A stretch of DNA of 64,000 nt, taken from an uncultured Bacteroidales bacterium (lineage in GTDB: Bacteria > Bacteroidota > Bacteroidia > Bacteroidales > VadinHA17). Every line of letters begins with the position of its first letter. Position 1 is the stretch's first letter. The notes below the pieces were generated by a model. The model was not told the origin of the DNA. It was given only the letters and a program-made list of their open reading frames with translations, and did not search any database. Made by a program: the position numbers and the translations under genes. The stretch spans positions 8,625 to 72,624 of the forward strand of contig CAVSZC010000007.1 in NCBI GenBank assembly GCA_963732365.1, in the 5' to 3' direction. Below, one piece after another: positions 28,728-38,996 of the stretch.

Positions 28728-29090
28728 TCAGTTTTTCTCGATGCCAAAGATATCTTTAAAGGCCTGCTCAAAGCTCTCTTTCGGCAAAGCTCCCATGGCC
28801 ATCTGCGGCTGACCCTCCAACGGGACGAATAAAAGAGACGGGATGCTTCTTATGCCAAAAACCGAAGCAAGTTCCTGCTCAGCCTCTGTATCTACCTTAT
28901 AAACATACAGTTTACCGTCATATTCCTTTGAGAGCTCCTCGAGTACAGGTGCCACCATCTTGCAGGGGCCGCACCAGTCAGCATAAAAATCTATAATACA
29001 GGGTTTGTCTCCCGTGTACTTCCACTCTTTGTTCTGTTCATAATTGAAAACTTTCTCAAGAAAGCTCTCTTTTGTCAAATGTTCTGCCAT
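28728..29090 (-). CDS. Thioredoxin
   Basis: 120 aa. WCGPCK active site. Confidence 0.9.
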   Translation of the reverse strand: MAEHLTKESFLEKVFNYEQNKEWKYTGDKPCIIDFYADWCGPCKMVAPVLEELSKEYDGKLYVYKVDTEAEQELASVFGIRSIPSLLFVPLEGQPQMAMGALPKESFEQAFKDIFGIEKN

Positions 29091-29241
29091 AGCTACTTTT
29101 TCTTGTTTAACAGCTTATTAAATTTATTGTTCATTGCTGATCAATTGCCGTGCCGGAGTGTTCCTGGCATTAATTATAGCTCAATTTAGGGTATTAATTG
29201 TAATTTTGTCACTGAAAACGGTTAAATTGTCATATATACAT

Positions 29242-30654
29242 ATGTACATATTTCCAGATGACAGTATATTTGAGATAATTGCCCGAGTTGCGGAGCGGGA
29301 AGAAGCTGAGGCTTATGTCATCGGCGGATATGTACGTGATCATATCCTGGGAAGAGAGCATCCGGAAAAAGACATAGACATAGTGGTTCTTGGAGACGGA
29401 GCCAGAATGGCGCGGGCGGTGGCGAAGGAGCTCAATACGAAGATTAAAGTCACGGTATTCAAAACATTCGGTACCGCGATGTTCAGGTCCGGTAATTATG
29501 ACATTGAATTTGTCGGCGCAAGGAAGGAGTCTTACAGCAGCAACTCGCGCAAACCGGCTGTATTGCCCGGAACCATCGAAGACGATCAGAACAGGCGTGA
29601 TTTCACGATCAATGCACTGGCAATCAGCCTTAACAGGAAGAACTTCGGCGAGGTGATAGATCCTTTCGGCGGGCTGGATGATATAAAAAACAAGATATTG
29701 CGCACCCCTCTTGACCCTGACGCCACCTTCAGTGATGACCCTCTGCGGATGATGCGGGCCATCAGGTTTGCCTCCCAGCTCGGGTTCAGGGTCTCGGATG
29801 ACACACTTGAATCCGTCAGACGCAATGCCGAAAGAATCAGGATCGTCTCAGCGGAGCGCATAACGGTTGAGCTTAACAAGATCATCGCCACAGAAACACC
29901 TTCAACAGGCTTCCTTCTCCTCCAGGAGACAGGCCTCCTCCCTGTTATCCTGCCTGAGCTCTCAAGGCTCAGCGGTGTCGAGGATAAAGAGGGAAAGGGT
30001 CATAAGGATAACTTCCATCATACGCTCAAGGTACTCGATAACGTGGCAGCCCGGAGCAATGATATCTGGCTGCGGTGGACAGCCCTGCTTCATGACATTG
30101 CCAAACCGGTTACCAAGAAGTTCGTTCCGGGTATCGGCTGGACCTTTCACGGGCATGAATTCATCGGGGCAAAGATGGTATCTGAGATATTCTCGCGCCT
30201 GAAGCTGCCTCTCAATGACAGGATGAGGTATGTCAGGAAGCTTGTGGGATTGCATCTGAGGCCTATCGCTCTTGTTCAGGACGAGGTGACCGATTCGGCC
30301 GTCAGGAGGCTTCTCTTCGAGGCCGGCAATGACATCGACGACCTGATGCTCCTCTGCGAGGCTGACATCACCTCAGGCAACAGGATGAAGGTAAGAAAGC
30401 ACCGCGAGAACTTTGCCCTGGTGCGCCGCAAACTGAAGGAGATAGAGGAGAAGGATGCCGTCAGGACCTTCCAGCCACCGGTTCATGGGGACGAGATAAT
30501 CGCCGCCTTCGGCATCAAACCCGGGCCGACTGTAGGGATAATCAAGACAGCAATAAAGGATGCCATCCTTGACGGTTTAATCCCCAACGACCATGATGCA
30601 GCACGCCGGTACATGCTGATAAAAGGCAGAGAGCTCGGCCTCACTCCGGTATGA
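29242..30654 (+). CDS. CCA-adding / poly(A) polymerase family tRNA nucleotidyltransferase with an HD domain
   Basis: GGYVRD head-domain motif, RRDFTINA, and HD (LLHDIAKP). The start is placed at ATG 29242 (MYIFPDD); the track ORF starts at 29134. Confidence 0.8.
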   Translation: MYIFPDDSIFEIIARVAEREEAEAYVIGGYVRDHILGREHPEKDIDIVVLGDGARMARAVAKELNTKIKVTVFKTFGTAMFRSGNYDIEFVGARKESYSSNSRKPAVLPGTIEDDQNRRDFTINALAISLNRKNFGEVIDPFGGLDDIKNKILRTPLDPDATFSDDPLRMMRAIRFASQLGFRVSDDTLESVRRNAERIRIVSAERITVELNKIIATETPSTGFLLLQETGLLPVILPELSRLSGVEDKEGKGHKDNFHHTLKVLDNVAARSNDIWLRWTALLHDIAKPVTKKFVPGIGWTFHGHEFIGAKMVSEIFSRLKLPLNDRMRYVRKLVGLHLRPIALVQDEVTDSAVRRLLFEAGNDIDDLMLLCEADITSGNRMKVRKHRENFALVRRKLKEIEEKDAVRTFQPPVHGDEIIAAFGIKPGPTVGIIKTAIKDAILDGLIPNDHDAARRYMLIKGRELGLTPV

Positions 30655-31648
30655 CAGTTGTGCGATGCGTTACCGTGATCATTACAGGGAGATGGTCTGA
30701 GTAACCACCTTCATAGGTGAATCCTCCGTATGTGGGGCGTGGCTTCTTTCCCGGATAATCGGGGTCATCCTTCAACAGAAAAGGCAGATCGACAACACTG
30801 AATTTTTCAGGCCCTGTAATAAAATACCCTGCAGAATCACACATCACCGGCGAAACAAATACCTGGTCAATCATCTCCCAGTTACCCTGATAACGGTATG
30901 ACCCCTTCCCTGCCGAAGAGAGAGCGTTGGTAAGATTTACCAGGCTACCGCCGTCAGTCATGATCTCAGTCACCTGTTCACCGGATACAGCATTGAAGTC
31001 ACCCATGACAATTACCGGGGCGCGGTTGCCTGACGCTCTTTGAAGCGAATCAACCTTCGTCCTTACCAGCATCGCCATCTTCTTTCTGACGGGCTCCGCA
31101 GCCATTGTGCCTCCCCTGCGCGAGGGCCAGTGACACATGATCAGATGAAGTGTGTCATTCCCAAGAAGACTCTTTACATAAAGGAGGTTCCGCGAATCAA
31201 AAGTCTCACCGGGACCGGACTCCGGGATCCATGAGTCTGACATGATGATTTTAACATCAGCACGGCGATACAATAAAGCAATATCTATCCCCCGCCTGTC
31301 CGGCGACTCCCTGTGAACAAAACCATAGCCCGCACCCTCAAGCACTGAGCGGTATGCCAGGTCAGCAACGACATCTGCATTTTCCACCTCGCACAGCCCT
31401 GCCATCACCGGCAGATTCCATCCTCCCGATGCAGCAATGACGCGCGCCAGCGCATCTATCTTCTGCCAGTACCTGTAGTTTGTCCACCGCCTCTCACCAT
31501 CAGGGAGAAACTCATCATCGTCAGTCAGTGTATCATCAACAGTATCAAACAGGTTCTCAACATTATAGAACATAATGTTGTACTCCTGCCCTTTCACGTT
31601 CCAGGATGCGGCAGTAATAATCAAAACTAAAATTACTGCCGGCCTCAT
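30641..31648 (-). CDS. Endonuclease/exonuclease/phosphatase (EEP) family protein, secreted
   Basis: 335 aa with a signal peptide. MFYNVENLFD, GDFN and SDHLPV motifs. Confidence 0.8.
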   Translation of the reverse strand: MRPAVILVLIITAASWNVKGQEYNIMFYNVENLFDTVDDTLTDDDEFLPDGERRWTNYRYWQKIDALARVIAASGGWNLPVMAGLCEVENADVVADLAYRSVLEGAGYGFVHRESPDRRGIDIALLYRRADVKIIMSDSWIPESGPGETFDSRNLLYVKSLLGNDTLHLIMCHWPSRRGGTMAAEPVRKKMAMLVRTKVDSLQRASGNRAPVIVMGDFNAVSGEQVTEIMTDGGSLVNLTNALSSAGKGSYRYQGNWEMIDQVFVSPVMCDSAGYFITGPEKFSVVDLPFLLKDDPDYPGKKPRPTYGGFTYEGGYSDHLPVMITVTHRTTVIPE

Positions 31649-32640
31649 TAATACTTATTGATCCACCGGTATCTCCTCGGGTTGTCGCCGAAGCGTGCCA
31701 GGAAAGTCAGTTCATGTGACCCGTAGGTCTGGGTCCGTATATCTGACAGTGTGAAATCATATGCATAGCCGATCAGGAACCTGTCAACAGTGAGCCCCGC
31801 CATCATTATCACGGCATCATTTGTCCTGTATGATACCCCCAGCCAGTAGTCCTCCTTGTAATAAACCCTGGCAGTAATATCCAGCTGCAGGGCAGAGAAT
31901 AACATGTCAGACGATTTGACCATCATTGAAGGCTCTATCATCCAGTCATTGTCACTGAGCCAGAACTTGGCGCCGCCGGTGAGGAAATAATGTCCAAGCT
32001 CGGAATTGTCATTCTTGCCGTTGTTTCCTATCATTATCGAACCCCTGAACAGGTTGGTCATTGCATAACCCACATAATACTTCCGCGTAGTATAGCTTAC
32101 GCCAAAGTTCGCATCGGGAATATAAACCACCTGGTCATAGTTGTTGAGGAACTCATCATTCACATCGTCGGGCATCAACGCGCCGTTGATATCCACAAAA
32201 TACTGGTAGGCATTGACAGAGAGCCCGAATGACAGCTGTTTTTCGTCAGCAACAGGAATATGATATGCATAAGCCATCTGGAACCCTGTCCTGTTCATTA
32301 TACCGTTCTGATCAGCATAGATGTACCCGCCGATGCCTACCCTGCCCCCCTTGGTAGGCCTGTCAATCTTCTTCCTGACAGTTGTTGATTTACTGATATA
32401 ACTGTCTTTCAGTATCCTCGTCTGGAACGCAGCCGCATAGGTGCTTGGGGCATTGGGTATACCCAGCCACTGCTCCCGTACCGTAAGTCCGAAAGTAGTA
32501 TAACCGTCACTGCCGGCATATGACGGATTTATAAGAAATCCGTTCATGATATACTGGCTGTACATCGGGAACTGCTGACCCCTGACAGATGGCATTATCG
32601 CCAGGAGTACGAGCACTGTTGCTATTTTGAGAAGTTTCAT
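31648..32640 (-). CDS. PorP/SprF family type IX secretion system membrane protein
   Basis: 330 aa. The N-terminus QQFPMYSQYIMNGFLINPSYAG is the PorP/SprF signature. It lies directly downstream of a type B CTD cargo gene. Confidence 0.85.
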   Translation of the reverse strand: MKLLKIATVLVLLAIMPSVRGQQFPMYSQYIMNGFLINPSYAGSDGYTTFGLTVREQWLGIPNAPSTYAAAFQTRILKDSYISKSTTVRKKIDRPTKGGRVGIGGYIYADQNGIMNRTGFQMAYAYHIPVADEKQLSFGLSVNAYQYFVDINGALMPDDVNDEFLNNYDQVVYIPDANFGVSYTTRKYYVGYAMTNLFRGSIMIGNNGKNDNSELGHYFLTGGAKFWLSDNDWMIEPSMMVKSSDMLFSALQLDITARVYYKEDYWLGVSYRTNDAVIMMAGLTVDRFLIGYAYDFTLSDIRTQTYGSHELTFLARFGDNPRRYRWINKY

Positions 32641-32660
32641 ATCTCCTTCCGGTATTCAGT

Positions 32661-35600
32661 TTATTTGCTGATGATTGAGATAACACCCGTACGCGGTTCG
32701 GAACCGTCATGCAGGTTAATGATATAATGATAAGAGTCGTTGGGCAACAGCTTGCCGTTGTACCTGCCATCCCACTCGTCGGTTGCGTCTCTCGTGTGGA
32801 AGACAAGCTTGCCCCACCTGTCGTAGACGAAGACCTCGGCATCAGGATAGAGTTCTGCATTTCTCATCTTCCAGGTATCGTTACGGCCGTCATCATTTGG
32901 CGTGATGATCTCATAGACCCTCAGACAGTCTTCACCAATGAGAGGGACGTTTACAGTGAACTCCACAAAGCAACCGTTGGCGTCTGTGACAGTTACAGTA
33001 TAGTCTCCCGGAAGGATTCCGGTACGGTCAGGTGTTGACGGTCCGTCATTCCATCCATATGTCAGAGTCCCAACACCGCCTGCTGCCGTAAGGTCAATAC
33101 TTCCGTCAGGGGTATCTGGACAGGAAGCAGGTACCGCAGTGGCACTTACCTGGATGGCCGGCGGTGCTGTGATGGTATAGCTCCGTATCAGCGGACATCC
33201 TGCACCGTCGGTAATTGTAAGTGCATAGGTGCCTGCGATGAGGTTTGTGATTGCGCTCAGCGTCGAGGAAAAGCCGCCGGGTCCGCTCCATAGATATGAC
33301 AATGGCGGCGTCCCTCCTGTGGCAGTAACGCTTATCGTACCATCTGCCGACGTGGCACAGGAGACACCAAACCCTGCATAGTCTGACACCACTGACGAGG
33401 TCACTGCGATGGCAGAAGGCTCTGTGAGTGTCTCAGTGAAGGTGAATGTGGCACATGAGTTCAGATCGGTGATGGTGAGGCTGTAAGTGCCGGCACGCAG
33501 AGCCGTTATATCTTCCGTCGAGGCAGTGAAGCCTGAGGGTCCGGTCCAGCTTATGCTGTAAGGCTGCGTGCCACCTGATGCTGTAATGTAAACCGCACCG
33601 TCATTACCTCCGTTACATGTTACATTACTCGTGCCATCAAGTGTCACGGTAAACGGCAGAGGCTCTGTAATAGTGAGCGTAGTATTTGAAATACAGCCAT
33701 GGGCATCAATAACCTCAAAGTAGTAAGTTCCTGATGCCAGTCCTGTAAAGTCGCCGGAGGGCTGGAACGGAGAACCGTCGATACTGTAGAAGAAAGGAGC
33801 CTGCCCGACCGTTGCACTAAGATGTATCTCGCCGTCTGTCAATCCCGCGCAGCTGATATTTCTGAGAAGGGTCACCTGTATTGCCGGCAGTGGATAGATT
33901 GTTATGACGGCATCAGATACTGCCGTGCTGCATGATCCACCTCCCGTAACAGTCATTGTAAGTGTTACCGTGCCAGCTGAATAGTCAGATGTTCCAAAGG
34001 TATAGTATGGGTTATCGATGGCAGCATCACTGAAGGTGCCATTGCCGCCTGAGCTCCAGCTCACAACTCCGCCCGTGTGCGACGCTCCCATGATCTGGTA
34101 TCCTGCCTCGCTCCTGCATAGCCAGGCATCCGGTCCTGCGTCAGCTGAAGGTGCCGGAGTGAAGGTGATAACGACATCATCGGCCGCAATGCCGCACAGT
34201 GCACTGCTGACTATCATGGTCAGCATAACCGGTCCGGTGTCCGTGGGCCCGAAACTGTATACCGGATTGACAACCGACGGGTTACTGAATGTGCCGTCAC
34301 CGGACGAGATCCAGCTTATAGTACCGTTTGCTGCCGCAGCATCTGTCAGTGCAACGTTGGGGGTACCTGCACAGAGATCTCTGTCAGATCCGGCATTAGC
34401 TGCCGGTAATCCGGCAAATGACAGTACCATCGCGTCAGCGAGGGTGACCGGACAACCATTGGTCTTCGTTCCTGTCAGAGTCAGGGTGACATTGGTATTG
34501 TCAGTTGCACCGCGCGTATAGACGGGATTAACAAGTGTCGGATCATTGAATGACCCGGAGCCGGAGGTTGTCCAGAGAAGGGTCATATTCGAAGCTGCAG
34601 CACCGGTGATACTGTATGACGGATCAGTTATGCAAATCATTCCGTCAGGGCCGGCTGACAGCGATGCGGGGAAGGGGTCAGTTACCGTAACGACTGCGTT
34701 GCATGTTGATATATTGCCGCTTCCATCGGCAACAGTGACAGTCACGGTTACAACTCCAAGATCGGCGCAGGTGAAGAGCGACCTGCTCAGTGTCACCGAC
34801 GCAACAGAACAGTTGTCAGTCGGGAGGGCCGCAAGAAGGTCTGCAGCAACGACAGAACCGTTGCCTGCCGCATCGAGGGTTACAGTTGCATTTTTGCATG
34901 CAACAACCGGAACCTCAGTGTCATTCACGGTGACGGTAAACGAACAGGTCGACGTCTGCCCGTCAGAATCGGTTGATGTATAAATAACCGTTGTCGTACC
35001 AACAGGGAAGGTGGCGCCAGGATTATGGGTTGAGACCATTGGCGCACTCGAGACGGGGGGCACCCAGGTCACAACAGCAGAGCACAGGCCAGGAGCATTT
35101 CCGACAGAAATATTTGAGGGACATCCGGTTATCACAGGCGGATCATTGTCCTCAATCGTCACAGTGACATTCTGTGATGCCATGGAATCAAAATTATTGT
35201 CTGTGAGCGACTGGTTGACAGTAACTGCTATAATATCCGTCCTGTCAATGTCAAGAGCATCTTCCAGGGCAGTGACATTCACAACTACCGGGATATTCCA
35301 GTTTGCAGGTGTGAAGGTTATCTGGGCAGGATGGGCGGTGTGCACCGGAGCAGCATTGATCAGGTCAAAGACAACATTTGACGACGGCTGCGAAGTGAGA
35401 ACAACAGTGAACTGTCCGGCTGGCCCTCCCTCCTGGATTGTTATTGCCAGCGGATTGACGATAAATCCTGCCACGTCATCATTGGTTACATTTACGCTGA
35501 CAGTGGCCGTCAAACCGTCAAAAGCGTCATTTGACAGGGCATTATTAACTGACAGGCTGATTGTTGTGGATGCGTCAGGAATAGTGAAGTTGTTGACACC

Positions 35601-38456
35601 GGTAACAGTGACTGTCTGCGGAACATTCCAGCTGGAGTTATTGAATGTGAGCTGTGCCAGGTTAATTGTGGCAACAGCCGTGTTATTGCTGACCATGTCA
35701 ATCACAACGTTCCCGGCAACCGGAGCAGCAGACAGAGCGACAGTGAATGTCGCAGTGCCATTCTCGGCAACTGTGAGGGAGCCGGGTGTAACTACTATTG
35801 AGGCGACATCATTATTTATTATGGTCACCGGAATCACGATGTCTGGCAGAGGATCAAAGGGATCATCGGAAAGGGCATCATTGACAGAAATGGTAACATT
35901 TCCCGTCTGATTTCCCATGGAAGTGTTTTCAACCGACTGCAGAGTGATGATCTGATGTGTCGCATAGTTTGCCGCGGTGAATGTCAGCGTCACAGGACTG
36001 ATTATCAGCTGGCCTGCAAGTGTAGTGGAGAGGTTGAGAACCACTGTGCCGGCAGGCGGATTTGACAGCCACACCTCGATAGTGGCGGTTCCCCCCTCGT
36101 TCATGGAGACAGAAGCCGGAGTATACAGTATGGATGGCAGGTCATCATCATCAATGGTTATGAGGGCCGGGGTTGGATTGACCGCTACAACCGGAGACCC
36201 TGAAACACCAGTGATGCTTACCGTCACGGTCTCATCCCCCTCGACAATTAAGTCTGCAATTGATGTCAGGTTGAGAGTGTAGGTAACTGTATTCGCAGGC
36301 ATAACAAACGTACCGGGAAGAGCTGTAAAATCAGTGCCGGAAACGGCAGTGCCGGAAACGGAATAGGAGACTGTCCTTGATGCTGCCAGAGGATTGGTCA
36401 GGGTAAAGGTAAACGAGCCTGTGCCCGGCGCTCCCGGGCCACCCTCGGCAATGACGGGAGTGGCAGTGGTGACACTGATGGTGGCATTGTCATCATTCAA
36501 TATCGTATATACACTGCCTGTTATGCTCCCCGGGAGCAGATTCACGAATGTATTAAGGGTAAGATTGACAGTCTCGTCAGGCTCTACTACCAGATCTCCA
36601 AGTATAGTCAGCGCAGAGGCAGGTATTGGTATCGCGACAGGTGTTGTGTAATCACCCGCCGGTATGGGAACAAGGGCATTTGTCTGGGTCCAGTCACCTG
36701 CTGATGCCGTGCCGTTGGAGACACTCACCAGGACGCTGCCGGCTGTTGTCGTTATACCTCCGCTGACAACAATCTGGAGTGACGAGACAGGTGCCGCTGC
36801 ATTCCCCTCAGGACCTGACGCAGTGGCAGATGAAAATGAAGCATATATGTAATCATCGTTGATGATGGTGTACTGATGGCTGTTCTCAAGCCCGATCGAT
36901 ACGCCGGGTGATGGATTTGAAAGACCAGCAATAACTGTCTCATTTGGCTCAACCAGGGCATCGTTGATAACTGTAAGGATGAACGTGCCTGTAAGTGAGC
37001 CGGATGGAATGGTAACTGTACCGGGTGCCAGTATATAATCAACGCCGCTGGTGGCTGTACCGCCTGTGACGGCATAACTGAATGTGACATCGGAGGGGTG
37101 ACTGTAATTAAGAACAGCCTGGACGGTCACGCTGGTTACACTCTCCGGTCCTGAAGCAGCGGCAACTGTGAAGTTTACCTCGGGGCGGTAGGCAATAATG
37201 GTAATGTACGTGCCCGATGTCAGATCCAGGTCAACGCTGTAGCTTCCTGAAGCAAGTACGGTCCTGTGCATCGTTGCTCCAGATGCGAAGTTGCCGTCAT
37301 TGTCGGTAAGAACTCCCACCAATGTGTAACCGGGCATGAAGGCAGGTAGCGAGGTGGCCGGTATGCTGACGGTCACCGTTCCGACATCACCTGTCTCATC
37401 AACCCTCCACTCTCTTGCAAGGCGGTAGGTACCGGGGGCAGGAACCTCACCGGTGGTCCATACTCTGCCATTTCCCTTGTCATGGCCTAAAAAGAGGTAC
37501 TCCCCTTCCGTAAGGTCATCAGGAGAGCTGACTGACAGCACACCGGTGGACCATGCGTTTGTAAAGGTTGTTCCGTTGAAAGCAGCGATCCCTGAGACAT
37601 CATGTGAATGTGTCACTTCCCACGCGTAATGATCATTGGCTATCGGCAGCAGATATTTCGCGCCAAGGTTATTGTCAAGAACCACCCTCTCTGCATCTGT
37701 CAGCTGGCTTGAGAAGACTGCAATCTCCATGATATCACCGCTGAAATATCCTGCAGGGTTATACGAGCCGCCCATCTGGGTTGCTCCTACGAGTGCGAGG
37801 TTGGATATCAGTGAGGGGACCACCGTTGATGCTGATCCTCCGGTAAGCAGGGTGCCGTTAAGAAAACCCTGATAGTCTGCGACACGTGCGCCTGATGGGT
37901 TTGTGTAGAGAATCATCTTCCAGTCGTTCACCGTATGTCCGTCGTTGAAAACCTGGTTCTCGCCGTTGAACCTGACGGCATCATCGTATTCGAGACCGTA
38001 GCTTCTTACGGCACGCACACCTCCCACATTTCTTTGTCCGAGATATAAACCACCGTTCTGTTCATCAGCAGCGGTTGTGTTTCTTGCGACGATGACAACG
38101 GTTGCAGCGTCAGATCCTGTCAATCCGATTGAGGCCGGGTATCCCAGAAAATCACCGTTGACCCCTCCCTGGTCATTAAACCTTACTGTCGGATAACCAT
38201 TAAGTACGTTCTGGCTCCATGACGGTACGCTCTGTCCCGTAATGATGGCGCTGAAGTCGCGTGCATGACCTGAGAGGTCATACCACATTGTCACGTAATT
38301 AAGAGGCAGTATGGCGATCAGGCTGTCGGATCTGAGCCATAACTGTGTATTGGTAATGCTGCCCACACCTCCCGGTCCGACCTGTGCATGAGTGCAGAGG
38401 GGTGCAAGGGTAAGGGCAGAAAGGAGCAGCAGAGGCAGGAGGCGGGTTCGTTTCAT
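32661..38456 (-). CDS. Giant T9SS cargo adhesin: LamG-like N-terminus, Calx-beta-like repeats, HYR-like and SprB-like repeats, type B (gliding-motility-associated) CTD
   Basis: The ORF is 1946 aa; the likely start is M at 38456 (MKRTRLLPLLLLSALTLAPLCTHAQ). Repeated ...GTA.SG.DY...TVTIP.G...F.ITV.DD..VEP.ET units. The C-terminus ITPNDDGRNDTWK...YDRWGKLVF...WDGRYNGK matches the type B sorting domain. Confidence 0.85.
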   Translation of the reverse strand: MKRTRLLPLLLLSALTLAPLCTHAQVGPGGVGSITNTQLWLRSDSLIAILPLNYVTMWYDLSGHARDFSAIITGQSVPSWSQNVLNGYPTVRFNDQGGVNGDFLGYPASIGLTGSDAATVVIVARNTTAADEQNGGLYLGQRNVGGVRAVRSYGLEYDDAVRFNGENQVFNDGHTVNDWKMILYTNPSGARVADYQGFLNGTLLTGGSASTVVPSLISNLALVGATQMGGSYNPAGYFSGDIMEIAVFSSQLTDAERVVLDNNLGAKYLLPIANDHYAWEVTHSHDVSGIAAFNGTTFTNAWSTGVLSVSSPDDLTEGEYLFLGHDKGNGRVWTTGEVPAPGTYRLAREWRVDETGDVGTVTVSIPATSLPAFMPGYTLVGVLTDNDGNFASGATMHRTVLASGSYSVDLDLTSGTYITIIAYRPEVNFTVAAASGPESVTSVTVQAVLNYSHPSDVTFSYAVTGGTATSGVDYILAPGTVTIPSGSLTGTFILTVINDALVEPNETVIAGLSNPSPGVSIGLENSHQYTIINDDYIYASFSSATASGPEGNAAAPVSSLQIVVSGGITTTAGSVLVSVSNGTASAGDWTQTNALVPIPAGDYTTPVAIPIPASALTILGDLVVEPDETVNLTLNTFVNLLPGSITGSVYTILNDDNATISVTTATPVIAEGGPGAPGTGSFTFTLTNPLAASRTVSYSVSGTAVSGTDFTALPGTFVMPANTVTYTLNLTSIADLIVEGDETVTVSITGVSGSPVVAVNPTPALITIDDDDLPSILYTPASVSMNEGGTATIEVWLSNPPAGTVVLNLSTTLAGQLIISPVTLTFTAANYATHQIITLQSVENTSMGNQTGNVTISVNDALSDDPFDPLPDIVIPVTIINNDVASIVVTPGSLTVAENGTATFTVALSAAPVAGNVVIDMVSNNTAVATINLAQLTFNNSSWNVPQTVTVTGVNNFTIPDASTTISLSVNNALSNDAFDGLTATVSVNVTNDDVAGFIVNPLAITIQEGGPAGQFTVVLTSQPSSNVVFDLINAAPVHTAHPAQITFTPANWNIPVVVNVTALEDALDIDRTDIIAVTVNQSLTDNNFDSMASQNVTVTIEDNDPPVITGCPSNISVGNAPGLCSAVVTWVPPVSSAPMVSTHNPGATFPVGTTTVIYTSTDSDGQTSTCSFTVTVNDTEVPVVACKNATVTLDAAGNGSVVAADLLAALPTDNCSVASVTLSRSLFTCADLGVVTVTVTVADGSGNISTCNAVVTVTDPFPASLSAGPDGMICITDPSYSITGAAASNMTLLWTTSGSGSFNDPTLVNPVYTRGATDNTNVTLTLTGTKTNGCPVTLADAMVLSFAGLPAANAGSDRDLCAGTPNVALTDAAAANGTISWISSGDGTFSNPSVVNPVYSFGPTDTGPVMLTMIVSSALCGIAADDVVITFTPAPSADAGPDAWLCRSEAGYQIMGASHTGGVVSWSSGGNGTFSDAAIDNPYYTFGTSDYSAGTVTLTMTVTGGGSCSTAVSDAVITIYPLPAIQVTLLRNISCAGLTDGEIHLSATVGQAPFFYSIDGSPFQPSGDFTGLASGTYYFEVIDAHGCISNTTLTITEPLPFTVTLDGTSNVTCNGGNDGAVYITASGGTQPYSISWTGPSGFTASTEDITALRAGTYSLTITDLNSCATFTFTETLTEPSAIAVTSSVVSDYAGFGVSCATSADGTISVTATGGTPPLSYLWSGPGGFSSTLSAITNLIAGTYALTITDGAGCPLIRSYTITAPPAIQVSATAVPASCPDTPDGSIDLTAAGGVGTLTYGWNDGPSTPDRTGILPGDYTVTVTDANGCFVEFTVNVPLIGEDCLRVYEIITPNDDGRNDTWKMRNAELYPDAEVFVYDRWGKLVFHTRDATDEWDGRYNGKLLPNDSYHYIINLHDGSEPRTGVISIISK

Positions 38457-38762
38457 ATCAATCAGGTTCTGACAAAAGAAACTTATCTTCTTATATATCA
38501 AATAGTTGCATTAGCATATTGAAAGTATTGATTTTAAATATGCTAACAATCGATGCTCAAACGGCATAAAAAGCTAATATAAATAAATTTCGTTAACGTC
38601 ACAGTACAGGGGGTCAGAGAGTAATTAACCAAGTTAATAACAAGACAATTAAGCGGATTAAAGGGTTGCCTGGGAGAATAAATATCTAAAAGTGGATTGC
38701 AATCGTAAACAGATGGACGCTATCTCAGAGAGGAGGAGAAAGTTAAGTGGTAAACAGGCTTG

Positions 38763-38930
38763 CAAAACAACCTCGACTGTTGGTGATGTCTGGATCGAAG
38801 CAGTGCACCCGGAGTATACAGCACCTGGCTGTGCGCGGGGGCAAACCGGAAAAGGTGCGAACCGCACCCTGTTTGGTGGCGCCTTTAAGACCTTGTGCAG
38901 CGAGCGGACAAACAGGGGGAGGTTGTTTTG
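38763..38930. ncRNA. Candidate structured RNA of unknown class (strand unresolved)
   Basis: A GC-rich island in an AT-rich intergenic region. Long-range Watson-Crick helices: 38763-38774 with 38919-38930 (12 bp) and 38867-38875 with 38909-38917 (9 bp). Local hairpins: 38854-38859/38863-38868 and 38818-38822/38828-38832. The only ORFs here are mutually overlapping 69-96 aa ORFs on both strands. Confidence 0.35.
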
Positions 38931-38958
38931 GAGGGGCAAAAGAAACGAACAATAATCC

Positions 38959-38992
38959 TAAAAAAAGAGGGTGCCCTTTTGAGACACCCTCT
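38959..38992 (-). terminator. Rho-independent terminator of tRNA-Val
   Basis: AGAGGGTG / CACCCTCT 8-bp stem. On the minus strand it is followed by T7 (plus-strand A-run 38960-38966). Confidence 0.7.
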
Positions 38993-38996
38993 TCTG

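Noticed and set aside
32709-37872. Many plus-strand ORFs (62-299 aa) inside the giant adhesin gene, such as 35011-35910 and 34018-34521.
   Set aside because: They are antisense to a 1946-aa ORF with clear domain repeats and a T9SS CTD. Their translations are Val/Thr/Ala/Ser-rich mirror images produced by codon bias.
38700-38960. RNase P RNA, tmRNA or SRP (4.5S) RNA identity for the GC-rich element next to tRNA-Val.
   Set aside because: I found no GAGGAAAGTCCGGGC-type CR-I box or ACAGAA..GGCTTA on either strand. There is no tRNA-Ala-like acceptor/T-arm with a tag reading frame, and no GGAA-tetraloop/AGCAGCC domain IV motif. I kept it only as an RNA candidate of unknown class.
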